Shown: piece after piece, positions 22,401 to 50,979 of the stretch
How the letters are laid out: each line of letters starts with the position of its first letter
Numbering within the stretch: position 1 is the stretch's first letter
Assembly (NCBI RefSeq): GCF_016432865.1
Contig: NC_067400.1
Span: 612,746,001-612,810,000, forward strand
DNA length: 64,000 nucleotides
Direction of reading: 5' to 3'
From: Antechinus flavipes
Taxonomy: Eukaryota
Program-made: the position numbers and the translations under genes
The notes under the pieces: model-generated
Seen by the model: the letters and a program-made list of their open reading frames with translations, nothing else
Databases searched by the model: none
What the model was told of the DNA's origin: nothing

Positions 22401-25400
22401 TATTCTTAGCCCTGGGATGCCCTACTTGTGTCCTCAGGTTGATTCGTCCAATTTCCCTCCCATTTTATAGATGAGTAAACTGAGACTCAAAGGAAGATGA
22501 AGGAACTCTCCCCCTTTCTCTGGCCCTCAACTCCCAAGGTCTTTCAGTCCTGTTCTCTGAACTTTGCCTCCTGCATATATCCCTTCCTCTCCATGCTCAT
22601 GGCCTTCATCCCAATTCCAAGGCCTGGACCCAGATCCAGCACAATTCTAGATAATCAGAGGACTGAGCGACAATTTGCTGATGGATTGACATCAGGGATC
22701 ATCATGATGACATAAAAAGTGTCCTGGATTCCAGTTAGGCAAACTGGATTCAGGTCCTGATTCTCCCACTAACAGGCAGGTGACCTCTCTGAGCCTCAGT
22801 TTCCCCAGCTGTCAAATGGGAGTACCGATCCATGTAATAGATGGACTGTCAGGAGGCAGGACTTTAAGGTTCCCAAAACACTTTCTGCACGCTGTCCTGT
22901 ATGAAGTATTATCCTTATCCCCATTTAAGAGACAGAGAAGCTAAGGTTGTTAAGGGAAAAGCCACTTGCTATTCACACGGCTAGCAAGTATCAGAGACCA
23001 TATTTGAACTTAGGTGTTCCCGATTAATTCCAGTACGCCGTGCTGTCCCGCACGTTGTAACCTTAATGTTCTCTAAAGCCTCAATTTTAGAGCATATGGG
23101 AAAGGGACACGGGAAGGTCAGAGGGAAGGTCAGAGGTCAGGAGAGCAGGGCTCATACTAACACTGCAGCTGCCACCGTTGGTACACGGGTGCTCGTCGCA
23201 CAGGCCAGCTGGGAAGAGGCACCGGCGGCTGGAGAATCCTGGGAGGTTGGAGCAGGTGGCCCCGTTGGCACATGGCTGGAGGCTGGAGCAGTCGCCGCCG
23301 CTGGGGGCCCGGATGGTGCAGAGGGGGCCGGTCCAGCCTTGGTAGCAGTGGCATTCAGCAGGTCGCTCACAGTAACCGTGCGCAGCGCTGCAGCCTGACT
23401 GACAAACGGCTGGAGGGGGAAAGGGGCCCAGTAGGAAGAGGGAGCAAAAGGAGGGAGGAGGCAGAGGGATGGCCAGAGACAAGAGCGGAAAGGCATGAAG
23501 GTTTGGAGCAGAAATATTGGGCAAGTGGGGGGAGGAGAAAAAGAGAGAATCAGTCTGGGGAGGGGGAAGGGTTAAACCCCAAACTCGAGGTGTTGGGGGC
23601 TGAAAGTCCACATCATTCCGGGGGGGAAAGAGAATAGGGCTTGTCCCTTAGCGGGAGGTAGGGTCCCGGGCCCCGCCCCCTTCCCCTGGTTCGCTCACGC
23701 CGGGCGCACGTGCTCCTCAGCCCGGTGCGCACCCCCCTCCCCCGCCACCGAGCCAGCCCTCTCACTCACGCCGGGCACACATGTCTCCAGTCCAGCCGTC
23801 CATGCAGACGCGCTCCCCGTTGGCGCCGCAATGGAAATGGCCCAGGGGGTCGTCCCGAGGGCGGCACAGGCGGGCACAGGCGGGACCGTAGTAGTGAGGC
23901 TCGCAGCGGACCCGGTAGGAGAAGAGCAGCTCCCAGCCCCCGGCCTGCCGGGCATCCCGGGCCCAGGGTCCGCCCACCGCCAACCTGTGCCGCCCAGCCA
24001 GCCGACTCAGCAGACTCCGATCGGGACCTGCCAGCAGAGGGGCACGGTGACGGGGACCTGCGGCCTCGGCCAGCCCCATCTGTGCCCCGAGGCTGGCCGC
24101 GGGCCTCCCCCCTCGCAGATTTGGGAGCTCTCCAGAACCCAGCCCCTCCCCCCAGAAAGAGTCCCCATAAATCAGCTCCATAAGAAACCTCGAAATAACC
24201 GCCCCGCCCACCTCCCACCTGGAACCCCGTAGTATCAGCCCTGCCCAGTCCCACCATCCTCCCAGCTGCGATTCGAGACCGCAGGGTCCCGGGAGGCTCT
24301 TCGAAGCAGACGCAATCTCTGACCCGGCGGCTTGGAGCCACAGAACTCCCTATTAGGGCGCAGACCTGCCGCCCCCTCCTCCTGCTCGGTCCCTCTCCCA
24401 CAGGGAAACTTCTAGATACCCAGTTCCCCCGCCCCTCGGAGATCGTAGGCCACGCCCCCTATCGAGGCCGGAGGGTCCCTGCCCCGCTCCTTGCTCTTTG
24501 GTCTCCCCCGCCCCCGCCCGCGCGCTCCCCATCCCACCCAAGGGCCTCACCTGGAAGCTTCTCCCCCGACTCTTCCTTGCTCCTGGATTCAAGTTCCTCC
24601 CTCCAGGACTCGATGATTAGCGAGAAAGTCCCCTGGAGGAGAAGGGCAGAAGGGACGGGGGGAGGGGGAGAGAGTGTTAGCAGCGGGGCAAGGGGCATTC
24701 GAGGAGGCGAAAAATGATGGTGTGAGAGAAGGGAGCTTTCCTAGTTAACGGGGAGAGAGGCGTTGGCGCGAGGGGAGAAAGGGTCCCCAAAAGTTTTAAA
24801 AAGAGAGCAGAATGCTGGGGAGACATGAGCCTGAAGGAAGAAGGCGCTGCTTGGGGGAGAGAGGATCTTAGGGTCCCGGGGTCAGCAGCGAGGGTCAGGG
24901 GGGCGCTGACCTGGAAATGGGGAGAAGAGGCTGTGTCTGCTCGTCCCCAAGGAAACAGGAGCCCATGAGGAAAGGAGCCCCGGGACTGGGCAGCGGGGGC
25001 TTCCCGGATACCAATCTATCGGGACAGGGGCCGTTTCTGGCGGGGGGAGGGGGGGGATGAGGAGGGGAGGTTTGGGAATGGAGGTCCCTCAGAGTTTCAG
25101 AATTAGAGTCTGGGGAGGAACGGGGGTCCGTCCTGCAGGACCGCAGCATCTTGGGAGATGGGAGTCTCCGAGTTCTGGGGATGGGCTTCGTCCAGCGTCT
25201 GGGGAAGGCGGCTCCATGGGATGGGAGACCCGGGGAGGACATTCCTGGACACCTGAGGGCGGGACTTCTGTGGAACTGGGCGGGAGGGGGGGACCAGGGG
25301 CGCTGGTGGGAGCTGATATGGAGATCTTTATATGGTGAATGGGGGGGGGAGCGGAATCTAGGTCCTAAGGCTCTTGGGGAGCGGGAATTCTCTCGGTTCA

Positions 25401-25871
25401 GAGGACTCCTCACCGGCCAGGCGGTACGGAAGGGCACACGGATGAGGCCGTCAACCAGGGAGAGCTGCGGTCCGGGATCGGTGGGGTCCTCGGAGTTCGG
25501 GGCCTCCGGAGAAACGAGCGCCGCTCCCAGGACACACGGCAGCTCTGGGCTCCGATCTGGCAGCGCCGGTTTCAGGCAGACACGAAAGACGAGACGGCAG
25601 GAACCCTGAGGGCCACACGGGGAGTTCGGGGTGCCCGGGGACCCTGGGTCGGGCCGGAAAGAGTGGATTTGCAGTTCGAAGACCCCGGCGCAGCGGACCT
25701 TAGGGAGTAACAGAGGGATAAGAGGTCAGAGTCCCAAGAATCCCCCCTTCTGCCCCAGTATCCTGCCAGCTCTTCTCCCCTGGGGCCACCCCATGCCCCC
25801 ACCTTGCAAAGGCAGAGCAGAGAGACCAGCGCGGCCAGGAGCCCGGCGGTCAGCGGCCGCCTCGAGGCCAT
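19455..25871 (-). CDS. DLL3: Delta-like 3 Notch ligand, 9 exons, 653 aa
   Basis: Exons 25871-25803, 25698-25414, 24632-24551, 24027-23770, 23409-23162, 21599-21380, 20763-20052, 19765-19684, 19460-19455 (GTC TGA); total 1962 nt, all GT-AG and in phase. Signal peptide, C2/MNNL ([19 protein letters not shown]), DSL, six complete EGF repeats, TM ([20 protein letters not shown]), DALNNLR and IYVI motifs. Synteny with TIMM50. Confidence 0.95.
22700..23050. mobile_element. MIR fragments in opposite orientations in DLL3 intron 5
   Basis: CTCTGAGCCTCAGTTTCCCCAGCTGTCAAATGGG (plus) and CCCCATTTAAGAGACAGAGAAGCTAAGG (minus). Confidence 0.55.
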
Positions 25872-25907
25872 GGCGCAGGGTCTGGAGGCACCCGAGGCTT
25901 GGAGAGC

Positions 25908-25913
25908 TTTATA
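25908..25913 (-). promoter_or_regulatory. TATA box of DLL3
   Basis: TATAAA on the minus strand, 37 nt upstream of the DLL3 ATG, with a GC box (GGGGCGGGGC) just upstream. Confidence 0.6.
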
Positions 25914-25979
25914 ACTCGAGGCGAGGCCCCGCCCCCAAGGAGACCCCGACCCAGCTCCGGGGGAGGGAGAAATGCGAGT

Positions 25980-26430
25980 GTGAGAGAGACTGAAACAGAG
26001 AGAACAGCGACGGGGGGGGGGGGGGGGACACAGAAGGAGGGAGAGACAGAGAGAGCACAGAGAGGGAGGGACAGAACAGAGAGGGAGGGAGAGACAGAGA
26101 CATAGAGACAGAGAGGAGGGGGACACAGAGGGAGGGGGAGAGAGAGAGAGGACAGAAAGGAAGGGAGAGAGAACACAAGAGAGGGAGGGAGAGACAGAGA
26201 GAGGGAGAGACGGAGGGAGGGAGAAACAGAGCACAGAGAGGGCGGGAGAGAGAGAACACAGGGAGGGAGAAAGAGAGACAGAAAACAGAGAGGGAGGGAG
26301 AAAGACAGAGAGGACAGAGGGAGGGGGAGACGGAGGAGGGAGAAAGACACAGAAAACAGGCAGAGAGGGATGGGGAGACACACACAGAGACAGACAGAGA
26401 TAGAGACAGAGGGAGGGGAGAGACAGCCAG
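25980..26430. repeat. GA-rich low-complexity polypurine tract upstream of the DLL3 TATA box
   Basis: About 450 nt of GAGA/GGGA/CAGA-type units. Confidence 0.85.
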
Positions 26431-27035
26431 AGATGGTCTGGTTGTCTCTCCGTGTAACAGGCGGGTGTACTTGTGGGATCCCTTAGGCTTCGCCAGCTGG
26501 GTTACTGTGGGTTCCCGGGTCTCCCCGGTCATTGCTCCCCGGGTACCCGAGTCTCTGCTTTCGCCCCAAGAGCCCCGGGCCGCGGTTGAGCGGACACCTC
26601 CTCCCTCCTCTCCCTCCTCCCCCCTCCCCTCCTCTCCCTCCTCCCCTTAACGCCGCTGGTGTCCGCAGAGGTGGCAATGTGGGCGTGTTCAAGGGGACCG
26701 CTGGAAGCCGGGGAGAAGGGCCGGGAGAAGAGGGCCCGGGGTGGGCAAGCAGGGGAGAATCGCAACTGGAGGGGAGTGCCCACATCGGAGAGCGCGGGAC
26801 TCTCAGGAACCTGCACCGGTCTTTGTGACCACGTGCGGGACGGGGGGCCTGCGGGTGGGGGTCTGTGCCCGGGGCCCTTTGTCTAGGCGCAGGGAGCAGC
26901 GTTTCCCCCCAACTCCCTCTCCCGGCCTCTCCTCCTCGCTGGGGCAGTCTCTGGGTCTCTCTGGGCAGCGTTGGGGTGGGGGGCAGGGCGGCGCGGAAGG
27001 GAGCAGAGGCAGCCTGTCACCAGGCTGGGGCTTAC

Positions 27036-27050
27036 CAGCTGTATGTAAAT
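27036..27050 (-). promoter_or_regulatory. Ascl1(Mash1)/Brn (POU3F) composite E-box-octamer element
   Basis: Minus strand ATTTACATACAGCTG matches the consensus ATT[A/T]NCAT[A/T/G]CAG[C/G]TG known from Delta gene enhancers; about 1.17 kb upstream of the DLL3 ATG. Confidence 0.7.
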
Positions 27051-27829
27051 CCGGCCATCTGCCTCCCAGGCTGCCCACGCCGAGCCAGCCCCTCCTTTCC
27101 CGGAGGCCCCCCTTCTTTCTTCGGTCTCCCCCCCTCTGGCTTTATGACTTGGGGGGAGGGGTGTTTCCATTTGCTCCAGAGGAGGTGTGAGCAGCAAACG
27201 GACAGGAAATGTCCCGGCATTACGGCGGCAGGCACCTGGGAACCAGCTGGCCCGAGAGGGCGCTGACCCAAGCCAGCTCGGGCTCCTCGGGCACATCCCG
27301 AGCTGATCGGACCCCAAACTTCTCTTCGCAGCCTTCCACACTCTCCCCTCCTGCTCATGACTGCACATTCACCTCTTAGGGTCTCAGGGAGGGATCTCGG
27401 GAACGTCCGGCTTCAGGGCGCCCACCGCTCAGCTCAGCCGGAGAACTGGCTTCTCTAGGGGCTCCTCCAGCGCCCCAGTTCCCTGCCTCCTTGGGCAGCC
27501 CGCCCCACAGTGTGTCCACAAGTAGGCAGCCCTTTCTTACAAGACACTGAATGCGGCGTCCTCCAAGTGGCCCTAATTGACTCTGGGGATCCTTTCCCAG
27601 AACCCCTTGCAGGTTCTGGGAGACTGTAGCCATGTCCCTCCAAGTCAACATTCCTCAAGCTAGAAGTCTTCCCATTCCCTAGGTCTGCCGTCCACCTGCG
27701 GGAATCGGGATATTTCTAGTCAACTCTTCCCCCTCCCCCACCAAGTCTCTCCTCTTTCCAAAGTTTCTAGCTTAGGGGGGGTGAGTAGAACCAGGAGAAC
27801 ACTGTGCACTGCAACAAGGTCATGGGGGG

Positions 27830-28430
27830 ATCAATTCTGATGGACGGGGCTCTCTTCAACAGCGAGGTGATTCTGGCCAGTTCCCTTGGACTTGTGATGG
27901 GGAGAGCCGTCTGCACCCACGGAGAGGACTGTGGGAACTGAGTGTGGATCGCAACAAAGTGGTTTTTGTTGTTTGCTTTTTTTCTTTTTAATCTGATTTT
28001 TCTTGTGCAGCGTGGCAAGTGTGGAAATATGTATGTGGAAACATATATTGGATTATTTGCTATCTAAGAGGGAAGAGGAGGAAGAAGGGAGGGAAAAAAA
28101 TTGGAATACAAGACTTTGCAAGGGTGAATATTGAAAACTATGCATATATTTTGAAAAGAAAAGGCTAAAAAATAGTTTCCTACTTATTGCTTTGTCTAGA
28201 GCTCTCTGTTCCTTAATTTCTCTCCATCTTCCCATCTCTTGAGCCCTATTTCCTCAGTTCAGTCCATGTCTTTGTTTTCTTTTTTCTTTCATTCTTTTCG
28301 ACTTCACTATCATTTGCTCCCTCCACCCCAGAAGGGATGGAGAAAAATGTGGAACTCGAGATTTTGCAAGGATGAGTGCTGAAAACTACCTTTGCATGTA
28401 TTTTGAAAAACAAAACAAAACCAAAAAAAT
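27830..28430 (+). mobile_element. Two LINE-1 3' UTR fragments
   Basis: CCCACGGAGAGGACTGTGGGAACTGAGTGTGGATC, GAATACAAGACTTTGCAAGGGTGAAT, second tail GAGATTTTGCAAGGATGAGTGCTGAAAAC. Confidence 0.7.
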
Positions 28431-29869
28431 AATCTCCCTCCACTCCCAGGATGCTCTCTAGTACAAAGCACAATCATGCCAAATAGATGTTAATCACCCC
28501 TGTGCCTTATGCCCAGTGTGAGCTGGTCTCTGGTCCTGGTATTGGGAGACCAATATGAAAATTACTAACAAACATATTCCGAAATCACTCCCAAAAGTGT
28601 ATGTAGCCCCGCTGGGCCCCCAGAAGGAACACTTGTTCTGTACGCTGTTCCTTGTTCTGTACGCTGTTCCTTGAACCCAGGTTAACCAAATTGCTGTTCT
28701 GATAAAACTGCTGTTAGCAGAGCCCGTGGCTAGGCTACTGGCCAAAAAAAGATTTGTTTTCAGTCACCTTAGTATCCCTGACATAGCTGAGAGCCAAAAT
28801 GTTGGTATAAAAGCTTTCTTCCCCCTGACTCTAAAAGCCAATTAGCTACCCATGCTATCTGGCCCGGCGCTTTTGCCAAAATAAGGCTCTGACTTAAACA
28901 GAATCCTGTGCCAGCATTCTCACTCCGACTCCGAACCAAACCGCTCAGTCCTGCCGCAGCAGGACTGATCATGCTTATAGATTTAAAGTCAGGAGGACCC
29001 TGGGCCAACCAGCATGTGCCAGGCACTGTGTTTCTGGGCACCAGGCACATAACCACGGTCACTGCTGCAGGAGCTCCTCGTCTGTAGGCCATCCAGTCCT
29101 GTGCCCTCATTCCACGGGCGAGGATGTGAGTGCTGAGTCTGCCACCCCGCAGCCGGGACTGGGACCTGACTCCAGACCTCGTTCCCCCGTGGCACCTCCC
29201 TGCCTCTTGCTGCTGAATAATCTAGAACCAGCTCCTGCAGGACTGATGTGTTCAGGACCAAGGTTCTCAATACGAGTTTGGGGCCAGAATCGGTCGACCT
29301 GCCCTCAATGGGAGTCAGAGGATGGCAGAGTCCTCTCCAGCATCACACTGCACTAGCAGGGAAAAGGGCCGACCCTAGTGGGGGTCTCACCTTCACACTG
29401 ACGTGGGGGAGGGGCCAGATCATTTTAAGGGTGAGAAAATAGATTCAGGGAAAGTCAGGGAGTATCATAGCCAGCATTTAACTGAACTGAAGGATTTTCA
29501 TTCAAAATATTCCCTATCCTCTTCCCCCAGCCAGGCTGTTCCCAGGAGAAAGAGACAAAGAGAAGCTCAATGTCCTTTAACAACTGAAATGATCTTCCTC
29601 CTCACAGCTAGTTCGATGGAGAGAATGCTGGGAGTCAGAAAACCTGAGTTCAAATTGAGCTTCCAAAACTTAAATGTTTGACTCCAGATGACTCTTTGCC
29701 TTGGTCTCAACTGTGAAATGGGAATAACAACATCTACCTTGCAGGTTGTAAGCTTAGCATTGTGCTTGGCACATAGTAGGCCCTTTATAAATTATTATTC
29801 CCTTTCTGCTCATACCTCAGATATTTCAGTCCAGGTCCTCACCACCTTTTGCCTGGATGAGATACTTTT

Positions 29870-30850
29870 AGAAACGAATAGACAATTTTTAGAAGAAATT
29901 AAAACCATTCCTAGACATATGAAAAAGTACCGTAAATCACTATTAAACAGAAAAACGCAAATTAAGACAACTCTGAGGTACCTCTCAGGTTGGCTAAGAT
30001 GACAGGAAAAGGTACGACAAATGTTGTGGGAAAACTGGGACACTGATGCATTGTTGGTGGAACTGTGAGCAGATCCAGCCACTCTGGAGAGCAGTTTAGA
30101 ATTAGGCTCAAAGGGCTATCAAACTGTGCACACTCTAATCCAGCAGTGTTACTCCTGGGCCTCTAGCTCAGGGATCTTAAAGGAAAGAAAGACACCCACA
30201 CGTGCAGAAATGTTTGTGGCAGCCCTTGTTGTAGTGGCAGGAAACTGGGAACTGAATGAACGTCCATCAATCGGAGAATGGCTGGGTAAATTGTGGTGTA
30301 CGAATGTGATGGAATATTCTTGCTCTGTAAGAAACGAGCAGCAGGAGGATTTCAGAGAGACCTGGAGAGACTTACGGGAACTGATGCTGAGGGAAATGAG
30401 CAGGACCAGATCATGGTACACGGCAACAAGATTATACGATGACCGATTCTGATGGACGTGGCTCTTTCCAACAATGAGATCCAGGCCAGTTCCAAGGGTC
30501 TTGTGATGAAGGGACCATTTACACCCAGAGAAAGGACTGTGGGGACTGAGTGCGGATCCCAACATAGCATTCTCACTCTTTTTGTTGTCGTTTACTTTCC
30601 TTTTGTTTTCTTATTCCCTTTCTTTCTTTTTTGATCTGCTCTTTCTTATGCAGCAAGATAACTGTACAAATATGTTTACACACATTGGATTTCACATATA
30701 TTTCAATATGTGTAACATATACTGGATTACTCTCCATCTGGTTGGGGGAAGGAGGGGAAAATTTGGAATACGAGGCTATCCAAGGGTCGATGTTGAAAAA
30801 TTATCTCTGCATGTTTTGAAAATAAAAAAACTTTAATAAAAAATAAATTT
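29870..30850 (+). mobile_element. LINE-1 3' end
   Basis: EMFVAALVVVAGNWELNERPSIGEWLGKLW, 3' UTR, A-rich tail near 30835. Confidence 0.85.
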
Positions 30851-32484
30851 AAAGGATAGCAGACCTTTAGCAGAGATATTTGATGCAGTTTCTCTCCACC
30901 CCCCATTGAAGTTCTTTTCTTTACAAGATCGGAGAAAAAATTGGAAGGAAGCACATACAGACCACCTAGCCCCACCTCCCCCCATTCTACAGGTAAGTAA
31001 ACTGAGAACTAGAGGTTAAGCAATTTGAAAGCACACTGATTTTGTTCATACGAATCTCTCCTTTATATGACTAAATTGCCTACTTTGACTTTGGTGACTG
31101 CCTCTGTCCCTTCTTTGGTTATGAATTCTCCCCCAAACCACAGACTTGAAAGGCAGCTCCTTTCACTTTCTATTTTCTTGCCTTTTGCATAAAAATTGCA
31201 CATTTGGTCTTTATCGTGACATATATGAAATATTGGTCTAATTCTTCCCAAATCGATCCCCAATTTACTCAGCAGTTCTCGTGAAATGGGGAGATCTCAC
31301 TCCTCAGTGACGGCTACTTTGGGGTCAATCACCGATGGGTGATTTTGATTGTGTCTGGGTCTAAAGTATTCCACGAAGCCACTTTTCCCCCAACCAGGAC
31401 TAAATAGTGCCAACAATTCCTGCTGTTTAGGTCTGAAATCTAGAAGTCCCAAGCGCCCTTCACTGCTCCCCTTGAGCTTCGTGACCATTTGCTCCTCCAC
31501 TCGCTCCTTACAATTGTTCCCTTCTATAAAGTAGCCCTTTCCCAGACAGGTACGATGCCAAGTGTTAAGGACCTTAGCTGCCACAAAGGGAAACAAATGA
31601 AGACCTACTGTGTGCCAGGTGAGTGCTTTACAAATATTATCTCGCTCCTGATCACCTTAGGAGGCAGGTGCTGTTATTATCTGCATTTTGTAACTGAGGA
31701 GACTGAGGCAGAAGGGACACGCTAGGGAGTTTCTAAACTGACTTCCCACCCGAAGAACCTCCGTTCTATCCACAGCCCCGATCATCTCCCCAGCGGTCTC
31801 TCCCCGTTTCTGTCGGGGGTTACGTGAGTCCTGGATAGGCTTTCAAAGGCTAATTCTCAGGGAATTCCTAGATTTTGCAGTTATTCGGGCATTTTCTCCC
31901 CCCCGGCTGGGGTTGTAAGAGGAGCACACCAGATGACCTTGGGGGGTTTCCCTGGGGTCCTACTGGGCTGAAGCTGCGAACCCCTGGGAAGCAAGGGGGA
32001 ACCTTCATGGTCCAAGCTTATTCCCTCAATTCCTTTCTCAGGGCACGACAGCCGACGTCTCCAGGATTAGTCGGAGAACCCCTGGCGCTCCGGGGCCCTG
32101 CTCCTCTCGGCTGCCCCGTGGGGCGTGCCCACCCAGAGCCTGCCCAAGGGGTCCACGGCACACACAGGGTCAGAGACCTTTGACTGACAGAATCGGGGCC
32201 TCTGAGCGAGGAAGGACCTTCAGGACAGAGAAGAGCCAGCCAGAAAAGGGGCAACTGAGGCCGAGAAGAGAAGGAACTCGACCCCAGTCATTGATGCGAA
32301 TGGCTGAGCTGGGACCAGACCTCCTATCTCCTGGGGAGCCCCCGATAATCTCCTCTCCTTCCCCTGCGCCCCAAAATGAGAAACCTGCGGACAAGGTGGC
32401 TCCAGGACGGACTTTATTGTCAGGCTGAGCGTGGCCCAGGGGAGGGGCAGGGGGCCCCCAGGCCAGGGAGGCAAGGACAGGTGG

Positions 32485-38779
<6,295 letters not shown>

Positions 38780-39924
38780 CTTGCTCGGACGCTACCGCCG
38801 CCGCCTCCAAGCCCCGCCCGGTTCGACCCTCTCTCACGGGGACCAACCAATGAGCTCACGGAGCGGGCCCGCACTTTGACCAATGAAGAAACACAATTCC
38901 TCTTCTCCCCGCCCCTTCAAGAGCAGCCAATGGGCTTTGAGAAGGGCCGCGGCTTCCACCAATGAGAGGCCTTCGTCTTCTACATTTCTCCCCCTTCCCC
39001 CAATTCGGACCTCTCTTCTCCCTCCCCTAAACCACCTGCGTGCTAGTAGTATGAAGTTGGTCGCGACGGGACCCAGAGAGGTTCAAAAGAGCTTCGGGCG
39101 GGCGAAGCGAGCGAGTTCACGTGTTTGCGGGGCGCCGGAGCACGGATAAGGGCTCTTCCCACGCCTGGGCTGCGGGGGCCGGGCCTCCACCGCGAGGCGT
39201 TGATGAATGGCCTTGTGAGGGGGCGCGAAGCCAAAGGGAGGCGACTTAGCGAGCGTCCCGGGGCAGGCGGGGTGGGCACCGAGGGCGGCGTTGGGAGCTG
39301 GGGATAGGAAGGGCCTTGAGCCCTGGGGGAGTTCGGACCGGACGCTGAAGGCCTCGGAGCCCCCGAGTTGAGAAAGAGGCAGATGAGACTCCCAGATGAA
39401 GTCCTCAGGCGGGAGAAGAGGGCGCAGGCCCGCTCTGGGGCTGCCCCTTGAGCAGAAGGCTGATTTGGGGGAGGAGCCACTTACAGGGTCAAAGATATCA
39501 AGGGAGATCCACAGTCAAGGCCAGGAGGGCGCCCTTGGGCCAATGATCTGGACCACTAAGAGGTCCTCGTGGAGGCCCGTTTGTCCACAAGAGGCAGGAG
39601 AGGGACCACATGGAGGAGGGATGGGGCAGAGATCCTGGGGAGGGGGCTCCCAATCTTCTGGTCTTCTCCCCCCACCCCTCCTTGACCTTCCCCAGATCCT
39701 TAACCCCCCCCCACCCCCCATCCTTCCAGACTCATGAGGACAGTAGTGATCAAACCATCTTTTATTCAGAGCACAGACGGGGCCAGCTGGGTGGGGGCTG
39801 CCTGGGAGGCTCCAGGCCCTGCCTTGGGCAGTGGGAGGCGGGCAGAGACTCTCCAAAAAGGGACAAACAAAAATAGGGCGGGCTAGGTCTCCCAGGGTGG
39901 CTGGTTGGGGGGCGTCTGGCTCCC

Positions 39925-50235
<10,311 letters not shown>

Positions 50236-50979
50236 CTTCTGGGTCTTTAGGTCAGACTGGGAGGGGGAAGGTCTGAGTCAGGGCCAAGGGCTCCCCAGGA
50301 CCTCATCCCCCCAGGGGGCCCTCAGCCGATCCTCATGCCCCTTCTGTGTCCCATTACCCACAAATCCCCATTTTCTGCCTCCAAACACACAAAGTTACCA
50401 TTGAGGACCGCCCTGCCCCCCCATATACAACCAGGCCCAAGGCGCCCCCCTCCCCATGTACGAAGAATAGCAGCCAGACACAATAGGAGCAAAAATAAAC
50501 ACAAAGTAACCCCAAGTTATGGGGGAGGGGATGTTGACAACTGGGCCAATCAGCAAAGGCTGTCCAGAAGGGGGAGGGGAACCTTTTGGGGAGCAGAGGC
50601 CAGAAGGAGGCCCCAAACTAAGGTTGATTGGTCAAGGCGAAAAGGACCGGGGACCCTACGATGGGGGGGGAGAGAGAGGAGGTCAGGTCAAGGGTCTTGG
50701 GGGATGGCCAGGTGCATCATCTCCAAGAGGGGGAAGGGGGCCCTGCACCCCCACCCCCCCATTTGCCCCTTCTTCCCCTTTCCATCATCTTAGGGACTCT
50801 CCTGGACCCACACCCTGCCTTGTAAGCTCCCCCCATGCACACACACATCAGGACAACAGGCTGTGACCCCATCCCTCTTGCACACTTCCCTGCACACCCT
50901 TACCTGTAAATTGCCCCTTTACACACTTGCTCTTACTATGAGCTTACTCTGGAGCACTCCCCATCTCATCCTAACAGGC

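Noticed and set aside
25572-26532. Long Ser/Leu/Pro-rich minus-strand ORFs
   Set aside because: Translation of the CT/GA low-complexity tract.
27931-27937. RBPJ-like GTGGGAA upstream of DLL3
   Set aside because: Lies within an L1 3' UTR remnant where the motif is part of the repeat.
28494-28745. 83-aa ORF with a hydrophobic stretch
   Set aside because: No recognisable homology or splice structure, and the frame crosses a 19-bp duplication.
30126-30452. 108-aa ORF, and the similar one at 2319-2642
   Set aside because: LINE-1 ORF2 C-terminal remnants, not host genes.
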